Positions 11,602-23,575 of a DNA stretch of 64,000 nucleotides are shown piece after piece (within the stretch, counting starts at the first letter, position 1; the number at the start of each line of letters is the position of its first letter). This DNA is from Trypanosoma brucei (taxonomy: Eukaryota). The notes under the pieces are model-generated. The model saw nothing but the letters and a program-made list of their open reading frames with translations. It was not told the origin of the DNA and did no database searches. Location: assembly GCA_000002445.1 (NCBI GenBank), contig CM000207.1:192001-256000 (forward strand). The letters are read 5' to 3'. Both the position numbers and the translations under genes were made by a program.

Positions 11602-14600
11602 GCGTTCCTTTCATGGGGAACACTGCTTTGCTCCGGCTACAGCATCATACAGCACAAGGATCAGCAGCGTCTTGCTGGGACACCGTTTTTCATTTGTCGG
11701 TCCCTGGGCACGCGCCAGCGTACCATCAGCAGTATCATCCGCACTAAGATGCTGCTGTCCGGTGATGTGGAAGAGAATCCCGGCCCGTCGTTGCGCGGGA
11801 TGCAGTGGAACTGCGCCGGGCTATCTCAAGGAAAGAGATTAGCACTCCACAAAACCCTTGTTGATGAGCGGATCGCCTTTTGTCTGTTGAGCGAGACAAG
11901 GATGACGCCTGGAGAGGCGGCTTGCTTTAGCGTTGCTGGCTACCAACATCACGAAATAGCTCGTAACTGCAAAGGAGGTGGTGTATCAATACTAGTGAGG
12001 GAGGACCTACCAGTCGAGACCGGTATGGCCGTTGTTGGTCGCATTGAACAAGTGCATGCAACAATTCACCTTGCACGTGGAACGGCGCTGACTGTCACGT
12101 CGGCATACATCCCACCAAAACACACCTTCACGGCAACTGACCTAGATACGCTTCTGACGACTGACGGTGCCCAGCTCTCATCGGTGCAGACGCTAACGCA
12201 CACGCGTTGGCATGGGATCGCGCGAACCCACCAAATACCAAGGGTGAAACCCTCACACAGTGGTGCATTGACAACCAGTTTCTGGTCTGCAACACTGGTG
12301 AGTGCGCCATTTACACACGCCACCACGGGGAGTCCACCCCTGATGTGACACTGTCAAGGAATTGTACAGTGTACACGTGGACATCGCTGTATTCTCCCGA
12401 TAGCGATCACCATCACATATTTTTCGACGTTATCGTTGTAGACGACACAGATGCACTGAGTTGCCCGCGGCTTCGAAAGCCCATGTACGCATGGCTAAAA
12501 GCTAACTGGAGGAATTTCCGTCTCAAGGTTGACGAGCTCTGCAGGAAAATTGGTAGAGAGAAGAACGTCAACACCCTGGAACAGAAATTGAGCTCCGCCA
12601 TCCGCATTGCAACGAAGGTCTCCGTCCCCCGTGGCTGCAGAGTAACGCCACCACATTGGACACCTGAGCTCGCGAAACTCGATGAAGAGATCGCTGGATG
12701 CGGACCCTCCCACCGAAGGGAAAAGTTGGTAACCACGCGTAAGCAGATCCTGGACCGTACCACAAAGAAGAGATGGAGCACGCTATGCTCCAGACTTGCG
12801 GTGTCAGACCGCTGCAGTTGCCACATTGTCAAGAAGGTATATGCGCCACGACCACTAACCACACCGGCTGTACTTGTTGATAACGCGGCCATCACGGACT
12901 ACCGTCAAGCTGAGAGGTTCATTAAACTGTACTCGTCCCGCGCAAGAAGGCACCCCGACTCACACCCACCGGCACCAATAAAGACGATAGCGAGTGAGTT
13001 CAGTCTCATCACGATGGCTGAACTACGGAGATCGATCAAACTGCTACCGAGTGGATCCGCAGCCGGACCTGATTGCTTATACAACGAGGCACTGAACATC
13101 TCGGTAGAACAGCGCTGAATGTTGTTCTGAAGCTATTCTATGAAAACATACGAACGGGAGTCGTGCCGTCTGCATGGAAGATCGGTGTTATCATCCCCAT
13201 CCTGAATGCCGGAAAAAAGGCGGAGGACCTCGATTCTTACAGGCCTGTAACGCCCACGAGCTGTCTCTGCAAAGTCATGGAGCGCATAATTGCCGCGAGG
13301 CTTAGAGACACTGTTGAGTCCCAGCTGACGACGCAGCAATCAGGCTTTTGCCACGGATGCTCAACGCTCGAACAACTCCTGCACATCCGCGCTGCCCTCT
13401 GCCGTCCCACGCACCAATATCGTACGGGTGCTGTATTCGTTGACTACGAGAAGGCATTCGATACAGTAGACCACGACAAAATTGCGAGGAAAATGCACAG
13501 AATGAAGGTATCACCCCACATTGTGAAGTGGTGCGTATCATTTCTGAGTAACCGAACTGGCAGAGTGAGATTCAAGGAGAAGATTTCCAGCAGCAGAACA
13601 TTTGAGCGAGGAGTCCCACAAGGAGCTGTCCTTGGCCCAATCATGTTCATTATTGTCATGAACTCGTTGAGCCAGCGCCTTGCAGAAGTGCCGTTGCTGC
13701 AGCACGGATTCTTTGCAGACGACCTGACGCTACTTGCGAGGCACACAGAGAGGGATGTCATCAACCACACACTACAATGCGGTCTAAACGTGGTGTTACA
13801 GTGGTCAAAAGAGTACTTCATATCTGTCAACGTAGCGAAAACAAAGTGCACACTCTTCGGGTGTACAGAGCGCTATCACCTTACATTACAACTGGACGGC
13901 GAAAGAATAGGAGCTGACAGGACACCGAAGCTTCTAGGAGTAACATTCCAGTGTCTGCAGGGGATGGCAACACATGCGGCCGAAACGAGACGCAAGATGG
14001 ACTTCAGACTACTGCAGATAGCAGCCATCTCAGCTTCTACATGGGGGCCAAGACGACAAGTGTTGAGAGCTTTTCATCTGGAACTCGTACAGGCACACAC
14101 CATGTATGGCATTGAGGTATGGTACTGGGACGCTTCGAAACGAAATCGCGACCTCCTTGCATCAGCACAACACAAAGCCAGTCGCATCATAGCTGGCATA
14201 CCGCATGGGACGCGCAAAGAGGACTCTCTGCTGGAAGCAAACCTCCTGCCACTCAAGACGACCACTCTTGTGCGCAGCATGAAATTCATGCTGATGTGTG
14301 AGTCACGAGGCGGATGTTTGCGGCGCAGTGCTGAAGAAGTATACCACAGCAAACACCCAGTCAGAGTCTTACATTCCCGCATCATGCTGTCCTACCCCCA
14401 CCTCCGCATTGAGCCACGCGAGCAACCACTAGAGACATCGACGCTCCGCCACAGCTGCCGACCGCTATTTCACACGCAGATAAAGCCTGTGTGCGCTGAT
14501 GACCCTGACGATGTCAAAAGCGAGGCTTCCGAAAAGTGGATTGCACGGCATTTTGCACGGAGGGGGAAGGAGCCACAGCGGCGAGAGCACTACGAATTGT

Positions 14601-16507
14601 GGACTGATGGATGCGTGTCCCTCGGTGAGAAGTCCGGAGCAACTGCCCTGCTCTATAGAAACAACACGCTGATTTGCGCACCCAAAACTGGAGCAGGGGA
14701 ACTCTCATGCAGTTACAGAGCGGAATGCGTAGCATTAGAGATAGGACTGCAACGGCTGCTGAAATGGCTTCCGGCATACAGAAGCACACAGAGCAGGTTG
14801 TCCATCTTCTCTGACTCGCTGTCAATGTTAACAGCACTGCAGACAGGCCCCCTAGCCGTAACGGACCCAATTCTAAGACGACTATGGAGGCTTCTGCTTC
14901 AAGTTCAGAGAAGGAAGATACGTATCCGACTGCAATTTGTGTTTGGCCATTGTGGCGTGAAACGGAATGAGGTTTGTGATGAAATGGCCAAAAAGGCCGC
15001 AGATTTACCACAGTTGCGAGACACATGGATCCCCGACATCATTGCTTATGCGAAGCGAGTGCTTAGGTCGGAAGAAGTCCATGAGAACACTCATAGGTTT
15101 GGTATCACGGGCAACCACTTTACAACAAAACATAAGGAAGAACTGACGAGGGAAGAAGAAACGGCATTGGCACGCTTTCGGGTTGGGTCTTCAAGACACT
15201 ATGGATGGATGTTGCGAAAGATCAACCCGAGTGTGCCTCCACAGTGCCGATGGTGCAACCAGAAACATGCACCGATAGGACCAACAATACAAAAGGCCCC
15301 ACCTGTTGCGACACGCACTCTTCAGAGAACCTCCGAACCGACAAAATGTACGGAATGTGATGCCGCATACCAATGCCGCTCGAGTTCTGTAACGCACATG
15401 GTAAACAAACATGGCTTTGTGCGAGCTGATGCCCTCCGGAGGATCAAATACGGCGATGCAACACCCGCAGTGGATATCCCCCCGGAGCCCCCTCCAGTGG
15501 TGGCGATCGTTCCTCTACCATCGAACACACGAGTCCCGATGAGACCGCAGTTGCTTCATTGTACCATCTGTGCCTCCAAATTCGCAGTGCCAGGCCGACT
15601 ATTACACCACCTTAGAACAATACATGGCATAGGCAGCGGTAGTTGCCGCGTGAAAAGGGGGCGAGAGAACGAGGACTCATTGCAAGGAGATGGTAGAGCC
15701 CCAGCAGCGCCAGCCTCTCAGGATACACGGAAGCTGCCGTTTCAATGTGACCTGTGTGAGGCGAGTTTCGGTACACACTCTTCCCTGTCACTACACAAGA
15801 AATTCAAACATAAGAGCATAGTGACGGAGGACGGTACCGTGGTGGTGGTGCAATTCCCTCGTAAGCGTGCCCGTGAGGGAAACGTTGACGTGCCGGGGAA
15901 AGGCGAGGTGCAGTGTGGTGTGTGCCAAAAAGTGCTCAGTTGCAGGGACTCCCTCATCCGACACTGTAAGGCTTTCCACAAAGGTGAGGGTGTCGAGCTT
16001 AAATGCAGCAAAAGCAAAAAATTTTGTGCCACTGATTCCCCGCATACAAATGCATCCATGTTGGTGTGCCCGACATGCGGAAGGCAGTGTGCTAGCAAAA
16101 CTGGCCTCACCCTACATCAAAAGAAGATGCACGGTATGAAGGTAGAGCGCGCTGTTACCAGCCAACGCGGCGACTGTGAAGAAACGTCGCTGCACTCGAT
16201 GAGCTGTCCCGGTTTGAAGGAGTTACGTGTCAGGTTTGCGGTGGAAGGTGAGTGTGTGCAGGATATATGCTTCTCCAAAAGGCTGGCGCAGTTTCTCATT
16301 GCGGTTGAACGGAGCCGGCCGCAGGTGAAGTCCTCACCTAAGGTAACAGTCATACAACCCACTCTCCCTTCTGCAACTTCCCCCCTTATTGCCGAGTGTG
16401 GAGCTAGCAGGAAAAGCACCGGATGCAGGAATAGTCCAGACACCCTCAGAGACAGAGGGGGTATGCAGTCAACAAGCAACAAAAACATAAAAAGGGGGAG
16501 AGAATAA
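11533..16507 (+). pseudogene. ingi polyprotein ORF (endonuclease, RT, RNase H, C2H2 zinc fingers), disrupted by only two small indels (near 12180 and near 13085).
   Basis: ORF-track segments 11350-12348, 12207-13118 and 13073-16507. Comparison with the second copy suggests a +2 indel at about 12185 and a -1 indel at about 13087. The DVEENPGP 2A-like motif lies at 11764-11787. Confidence 0.85.
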
Positions 16508-16778
16508 TAAACGAATAACAAAAATCAAAACAAAAGGATTGCTAATTGACATCTTTGGGAGAGTCCGGAGTGGGGGGCTTCTCGCCCCATCTGCTGTATT
16601 CCGTTCAACTGCGGAGCTACAACAAAAATTATAGAGGGAGTGTTAGGATGAATAAAAAAGGGAGACTCTGCCACAGTCGCCAGATCGATAGCATCTCAGG
16701 GCTCTACGGTGATGGTTGATGGCCGCGCCAGTGGGGGGAAACTCTCACGAAGGCACGAAGAAAATTCCAAAAAAAAAA

Positions 16779-18210
16779 TAGCGGTGGCAGCACTTGCATT
16801 CACGAAACCAACTGAGGCAGAAAATTCAGCTGCTGCTGAAGGAATAAAGACACGCCGCGATGAACTAAAATTCAATCATGCACTGGCCGAGGCGCTACGG
16901 AAAAACGTCAGACAGGCACAAGGCAACTTACAAAACATAAGAACCGAAACGCGGGCGCTTCTTCTGGCGGCAATGCTAGCAGACACAATAAAGCAGCGAC
17001 AGGCATATAGTGTTATAGCTGCATATTCCGACGCCAAAGCAACCGCGCTGAAGGCAACGATCGACACAAAAAGCAAACAAATTATAGACGCCGCCGACGT
17101 GCTGGAAAAGAGGAGCGCCCAATTAAGAGGGGCGATTTTCGCAGCGAAAACAAAGGCGGTAACCGTTTCCGGCTCAATAGCGGGAGCACTAGCCAATGAC
17201 CCTGATTTCGGGGGAACGGCGAAGACATGCACACTAAAGCTTTCAGTGCACGACACGGCTGACACGGCATGCGACACCTCAGCCAACTATGATGACACCC
17301 TCGCAACACTGGCCACACAAATTAATAACCTGAAGACCATCTATACAGTCTGCGATGAGACCCCAATCACAGAACAGCTGACGGCGGTAATCACAAGCAA
17401 AGGCGACTTCGCGAGCTCAGGGGACACAACAGCAGACGGAACCGCATACTGCGGTAACCATGCCACGCGATCAAGCGCAACACACGCCATTAGCATAAAA
17501 GAACTACACGGTGAAAGCAACCCGACACGCACGATACCACAAAACCTCGAAAACGACGGAACTTGCGTAAAGCCAGGAGCCGGCCGCAAGGACGGATTAA
17601 TAACGATAAGAGAGACCGCGGCCTCAAAATGCAACGCCAAAAAAAACCTCATATCCCCGGTAATGCCAGTAAGCAGCCCGTCAGCGACCCAGCTAATCGA
17701 CGACCCAACGTTCCAAAAGCTGGCCGCCCTAGCATCAGGACAAAACACACCGCAAACTACCGGCGGAAAAAATGACAAAGCAGCAGCGATCCAACTTTTA
17801 GGGAGCGACGAAACGAATTTAAAAGACAAGTATTTCACCCCACTGGAAAACCAACACGTAGAATTCAACCTAGGTGAAGAACTAATCAGAACCAGCATAA
17901 AATCGGCAGCTTCAGGTGACAATTACGGCGCAGTTTTGGCGTTTTCAGCAGGAAAAGCAGCCATTCAAGCAGTACAGAAGGACATACCAAAAGGAGTGGA
18001 AACAGAAGCTAACGATGACTGCACAGGAAAAGGAAAAGATGATTGCAACAACAAAACAGGGTGCAAATACAATGACAAATATAGAAATGCGAAAAAGACC
18101 CTGCAAAAGCTACAACGGCGGGAACACCAGTGACCAAAAACACCACAGGAAGCAATTCTGTTATGATTAATAAAACCCCTCTTTTCTTGCATTTGTGGTT
18201 ATATAGTTAT
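16779..18210 (+). pseudogene. VSG pseudogene truncated at its 5' end by ingi (begins within the signal peptide ...AVAALAFT|KPTEA). The N-terminal domain ORF runs to 18133, and a frameshifted GPI tail follows.
   Basis: ORF 16709-18133 translates as a VSG N-terminal domain plus C-terminal domain (DDCTGKGKDDCNNKTGCKYND), followed by NTTGSNSVMINKTPLFL in another frame. Confidence 0.8.
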
Positions 18211-18288
18211 GCTTTTCGAAGATTTTTGCTACATTTTGTGAAATATGCGAAAATTGCTTTGTCAGAGAGTCTGTTAAATTTTCTTAAA

Positions 18289-18305
18289 TTTGACATATTT
18301 TAACA
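18289..18305 (+). promoter_or_regulatory. VSG 3'UTR 16-mer (ttgacatattttaacac).
   Basis: Consensus match downstream of the VSG end. Confidence 0.8.
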
Positions 18306-18399
18306 CTTTTAGATAATATGTGTAAATTTGTTAAAATGTGAAAGTTTAGTAAATTTTATATAATAGCAGCTTAGTCGTGTATTTAGTATGTGAAATTGT

Positions 18400-18545
18400 A
18401 CGGAAAAGGAATGATATTATAATTTTATTTATTTTGTTTATTTTATTGATATTATTTGCTTTTATGATAGTGATAGTATTAGCAAGGAAAATGCAAAATA
18501 TAATAAAAGGAGAGTGTTGTAAGTGTGTAAATACGAATATTATAA
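18400..18545 (+). repeat. 70-bp repeat block.
   Basis: ...aaaggagagtgttgtaagtgtgtaaatacgaatattataaaaac, preceded by TA-rich units. Confidence 0.8.
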
Positions 18546-20548
18546 AAACTTATTTGTGAAGACTGAATAAACAACAAAAAAGAAACACAGAAAAGAGTTG
18601 TAGTGTTGCAACGAATGGAAGCTAGAAAAAAAGGGAAATGGAAATGGGAATATTTTAATGAAAACAAAGGCATAAATGGAAGTGGGGTATGCACATGTCT
18701 ATAAACAAACATGAATATAATCACCATTATACAAAAGAAAATAAAGAAGGAGAACATAAGATACAGACAGAGTCCAGTGAAGAGGCATAATGCAGTCTCT
18801 ACGTTACCTATAGTGAGACAGGAAACTAAGGACCATAAATTTTGATATTTTACATTTAGATACAGGGCGGAATGTTTTCTAATTGAGAGTGGAAACTTGT
18901 CGAACAAATTATAGAAGCTTCGTGACTGATTTACGCTCTTCAACTTTCTATTTTTCTCATAACAACTACAAATTTCACATGTATAATGGGGCATCAACTT
19001 AATTATCTTGGCAATTTTACTGGCTCTGCTGTCCTTAGTGTGTTTAAGCTCAACATATCTTGAGAACAATGATGTAACAAATTAAAAAACAATTATAACA
19101 AAGAATGATCCTAAGAAGCACAGAGTATTTGTGATTGTAGTTCAAACGCATGCAACTAAAGAATGGTGTAGGCTCATATTGAAATTATTACAATTGCAAA
19201 AAGAGGTTTGTATAGCCATGTTAAAAGGCCTAGATGGGTTATGCAATATTTAGAGAAACAGAATGCAAGTGATGAGGATATTGTAATTTATTTGGATAGA
19301 TCTGATGTTATAATATCCGAACTTTATAAGTATTGTAAAGCTGTGGAATATTTTATACAGAATACTGCAGAAAGTGAAGAGAAGTTTAGTAAATAGGATG
19401 TTTTCAAAGAGCATGTAGAGAGATGTTACTGGTTTTTTAATGTTGGATATAGAAAGGAAGAGGACAAAAAATTAAATCATTCTAAAATCGCCTCCTAGTG
19501 GAAAACCCTATCTTAGCGGTGGAGGTTTGATAGCCAGAGTTTGGGCAGTTAAAAGGTTTGAATATGCATTTGTAGAATTTTTGGGAGGAAGTAAGGAATG
19601 GCAGTCAGATAAGAGTATTTACAAGCCATTTCTTATTTGGAGTGCAACTCAAAAAGAAGCTGTTGGACAGAGAATTGTTTTGAATAGAGGAATGATTGGA
19701 TTGGATTATGAAGTGAAATTTTTTCACTCGACTTAGTGAAGGGTTTAGGAAAACTACATTCATTTATTTTCCAGGATAGCAGATTGCATGGGAAGAGTGG
19801 ACGGAATTGATTTTTTAAAACCTTAGTTTGTACAAGAACTTGAGATGGAGGAAATTCGCTGGTAGAGATATGGGGAAAATAGAAACTTATGCAATGGATG
19901 GAGGAAATGGGATTTTGTATATCGGGAAGTTTTGTGGTGATACGGGTACACAAGGACATTCTTTGAAGCTAAGCAGGCGTTGACGCAGGTCCTAAAATAA
20001 CTATATTTAACGACAAGCAGCTCTGAAAACTACTGCTGACATCCTAACGATGCCAAAGGAGTCTGAACCTTTCAACTCCTGCATAACCCAACACATGTTT
20101 ATATAATAGCTGTGTTGTTAAGCTGAATAAGAGTGCTAACCGCGTGAATATAGAAGACAGAGGCATGTTTCAGGGGGAAGCTTTGCGATATAGAAAAAAC
20201 AGTTCATATAATGCCTCGACAATAACGAAACGTTTTTGATGAAATAAACGAGGCTCTTCTTGTCAATGCAATTAAACATTCGAACATCCATCATACTAAT
20301 TGACTTTGCTGTCACATTAGCACTATTCATTAGAAAAGACTGAAACAAATTTTAGCGATAGGGAAGAAAACCACTACACACTGATAAGGTACAGAATTCA
20401 ATAAAATCTAGTGATACCAGCATCAAGTCACTCCTCGGAACAAAGAATTATAGCTTCAAAGCAACGACACAAAGCCGTAATCACGGCAAAGCGACGCACT
20501 CGCCACAAAATGCTGCTTTCATCAGCAAGAAGCACTCAACAGCGCAAC

Positions 20549-22120
20549 ATGGCAGCCATAACATTTATACTAACCCTCAGAGTGGACAAAGCAGCGGGCA
20601 ACGTCGTGGCTGGAAACAACAAAGGGGAGCATGCGGCGCTTTGTGAGTTTATAGCAATGGCTCAGCAAGAAGTAGAAGCGCCGCACCTAGAAAGCCTGGA
20701 CGTGGAGGCATATAGGCGTGTCCACCTGCTGAATTTAACTATCAGACGATGATTGGATAAACAAATTCTACACCGACAAGACACGGAAAACGACAAAAGG
20801 TTCATCGGCCGAAGCGGGACTAGACGACAAGGGTGGCAAACTACACTGGGACGACTGGAAATGGGCGGCTGAAAGACTGGTGGCAGCGCCAGAACATACG
20901 ACGCTTAAAGAAAGCGGCACCACGCAGGTCTCCGGTCTAGCAAAAAAAATGGCAGCTGTTGCGATAAAAGGCATAGCAGCAAAAGCAGCCAAACTGAAAG
21001 ACAGTTTTCCGGAGGAAGCTTTGCCAGAAAGCGCCGCCAAAACAGCAGCGGCCGCCGTAGCTAAAAAAATGCGGGATGCGGCCTTCGGCGGCGAAGACAC
21101 GCTGATAACGACTCTAACAGACATCACAACGCTCGGGGCAAGCCCATCTAACAACAGGAACGTCGAATGCAAGACACAGGGGCCTGGCAAAGGCACACAT
21201 ATTGCTCTAGCAGCGCTAGCATGTGTCTGCTGGCAGGGCAACACCAACACGGTGACACACGGTATGTGCAACAAAGCAATGGAAGGCCAAACGGGCTGGA
21301 ACGGAAACAGCAACAAGCCGGGGACATCGGACCTTATCAAGCTCGCCAAAAGTTGCGGCCCCGCCGGAAAACGAAAGGTGACGGCAGCAAGGCTTCGAGC
21401 AGCCATAACTTCACTGCGGAACCTTATAACCGGCCACGACACCGGCAACCTTTACCTAGGCACTTTTATCGCAACCGGTTTCTCAGGATCGTCAGACAGC
21501 AGCGTTTGCATCGAATTCACAAACTTAGCTGGCGGGGCTGACGACCCGCTCACCAAGCTGCCCTGGATCAACAAAGTGGAAGCGGCTGCAGCCGAACTGG
21601 AGAAGCTAACGCAGGTGCGCCCAAGGCACAAGCAATCAACATCCAACTAGTAGCAGCAGAAACCGAAGCGAACCAAGCGGTAAAGCAGGCTGCAGCGGAA
21701 GCAGAAGAAATAAGAAAAGGTAACAACAACCCGAGTGTAGCGACGCCAGCACTACGTAAGACGATCTGCGAAGCTCACAACAAGTCCAAAACAGCATGCT
21801 TAGGAGCTAAATGCAAATGGGGAGGGCAAAAGGATGATGACGGCCCATGCATAGTAGATGAAAGCAAAGTTGCAGAACAAACAACCCAAGCAGGGACAGG
21901 AGAAAAGAAAGACGGGGCAGCTTCAACTGGGTGTGCAAAACATGGAACTGATAAGACTGCGTGTGAAAATGACAAAACAGGCGACAAACAAAATTGCGCA
22001 TGGAGGAAGGGGAAAGATAATGAACCTGAGCCAGAAAAAGAAATGTGCCGAAATGGAAGTTTTCTAGTAACCAAACAATTGGCCCTAATGGTTTCTGTAT
22101 TTGTGGCCTTGCTTTTTTAA
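20549..22120 (+). pseudogene. VSG pseudogene with two or more frameshifts (near 20752-20880 and near 21610). The C-terminal domain and GPI signal are complete.
   Basis: MAAITFILTLRVDKAAGNV... start, N-terminal domain ORF 20880-21650 (LPWINKVEAAAAELEKL), C-terminal domain CKWGGQKDDDGPCIVDESKV, and GPI signal CRNGSFLVTKQLALMVSVFVALLF* ending at 22120. Confidence 0.8.
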
Positions 22121-22176
22121 AACAAATTTTTCCCCCTCTTTTTTAAAAAATTCTTGCTAAAATTTTCCTTGCTATT

Positions 22177-22192
22177 TGATATATTTCAACAC
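22177..22192 (+). promoter_or_regulatory. VSG 3'UTR 16-mer (tgatatatttcaacac).
   Basis: 15 of 16 positions match the consensus. Confidence 0.85.
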
Positions 22193-23059
22193 CTAAAAAT
22201 TCACCGAAAAATTGAACTGTGATTTGTAAAGTTTGTGATTCTGAAATTTTTTGTTTTTCTGGCAACTAAAAGAATTTTCTCTCTTTTTTTCTTCTTTTTT
22301 GGAATTTTTTAAGGGTTAGGTTTTTATTTTATGTTTTATGGTTTTTAATATTTTTAATTTTTAATTTTTATTTTATCGATTTTTTCTTTTTTCATTTTTG
22401 TGTTTTTTTGGACGTTCAGGGAAACAAAACCAACTACCAAACTAAAGAGAGACTAGACAGGGTTAGTGTTATTAATTTTTGTGGGTTATTTTTTAATCAC
22501 TTCTTTTCAATTTTTATTCTTCTATAAATCGCTATTTTTAAATTGTAAGTGATGCAGCGTATCTTTTTTGATGCAACTCTAACCCTTATTTACCCAGCAC
22601 ACAGCTGCGTCTTCACATTTTTCGCCTCCGTCATCGACGCGATTTGTTAATTTTTTTTTGTGAATTTCAGCTCTGCATTTTGCGATGCGTGCGGCTTAAA
22701 AATTTTTTAAAACCCTGGCGCATGGCAGTTTCGCTGCTTGAAGCGATTTGCTTTTCAAGAGGCGGTAAAAAATATCTTAATATTAGGAAGTTGAAAGATA
22801 AAAGATCTCAGTGCAGGGCCCCATAATCACGACGGGAAAAAATCCACCGCAAAAATCAACTAAAAAACACAACAGCTGAGGAATACCCAAGCGAGCACTG
22901 CGACTATGATGCCACTAAAAACAAATACAAACCAAAACTGAAACAGTAAAATAAAACACAGCAGCAGGACCAGGAGAGACAAGCACTGTGGTAGATTAAA
23001 ATAAACACCGATCCCAGAAAGCATGTGAGGCAAAAAACAAGGATGTCAAACAGGGTGAG

Positions 23060-23222
23060 AAAGCAGTCTGTAAATGAATTAATTTTTGTTGATGGTACTG
23101 GAAAGCTTCTCAAGTCCGAGTGCCGCTATTCCAGCTCTCTCATCAATAAGAAATTGGATCTGAGTATGGCTGCTGCTTTGACGGGTTTGGCTGCACTCTA
23201 TAATTATAAAATTATAGTACTT
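23060..23222 (+). pseudogene. Remnant of a VSG 3' end (GPI signal only). The body of the gene is absent.
   Basis: CRYSSSLINKKLDLSMAAALTGLAALY...* is a typical VSG GPI-signal peptide. It is followed by a 3'UTR with a 16-mer-like taatatattatattac at about 23298. Confidence 0.65.
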
Positions 23223-23479
23223 TAAGGATTTTTTTAATTTCATGAATTTTTGTGAAACTCTTCTATGTTGAGAGGATTTGTTAAAATTTTATGAAATTTA
23301 ATATATTATATTACTTTTTTTAAATCTTTGCGAAATATGAAAAATAATGAATTGTTTTTAAAAGAATACGTAATTTTTATGCGAAAGCGACATCTAGGAA
23401 CAAAGATGTAACAAAGTAAGGTAATGTAGTGTGTAAATGAGTGTTATTCTAATTTAGTTAATTTTTGTTTATTCTTCTT

Positions 23480-23575
23480 CATTTTATAGATGTCAGTTGA
23501 GACTATAATAAAGACGATAACAATAGGAGTGTATTGTGAGTGTGTATATACGAATATAATAATAAGAGTGGTGGT
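23480..23575 (+). repeat. 70-bp repeat unit.
   Basis: gacgataacaataggagtgtattgtgagtgtgtatatacgaatataataataagag. Confidence 0.85.

Larger units (their letters stand above)
11525..16778 (+). mobile_element. ingi: ingi non-LTR (LINE-like) retrotransposon, full length (about 5254 bp), ending in A10.
   Basis: Starts CCCTGGCGATGCCGGCCACCTCAACGTGG..., the ingi/RIME Pr77 5' hallmark. It carries a long ORF with APE-like endonuclease, RT (AVFVDYEKAFD, FFADDLTL), RNase H (WTDGC) and five C2H2 fingers near the C-terminus, and ends ...gaaaattcc(a)10 at 16778. Confidence 0.9.

Noticed and set aside
15330-16120. C2H2 zinc-finger cluster that could have been called a separate host transcription-factor gene.
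   Set aside because: It is the in-frame C-terminal portion of the ingi polyprotein (ORF 13073-16507), and the same fingers are present in the second ingi copy.
11513-16790. Search for ingi target-site duplications and for reciprocal flanks that would indicate an inversion between the two inverted ingi copies.
   Set aside because: No direct repeat of 6 nt or longer was found at either element. The cross-comparison of the copy-1 5' flank with the copy-2 3' flank, and the converse, also found nothing. I can only say that TSDs are absent, not which rearrangement occurred.
18479-19069. 196-aa ORF on the - strand overlapping the 70-bp repeat and downstream region.
   Set aside because: Phe/Leu/Ile-rich low-complexity translation of AT-rich repeat DNA.
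22706-22716. aaaaCCCTGGCGcatggc resembles the ingi Pr77 start CCCTGGCGATGCC.
   Set aside because: Only an 8-nt match with no downstream similarity. It is consistent with chance.
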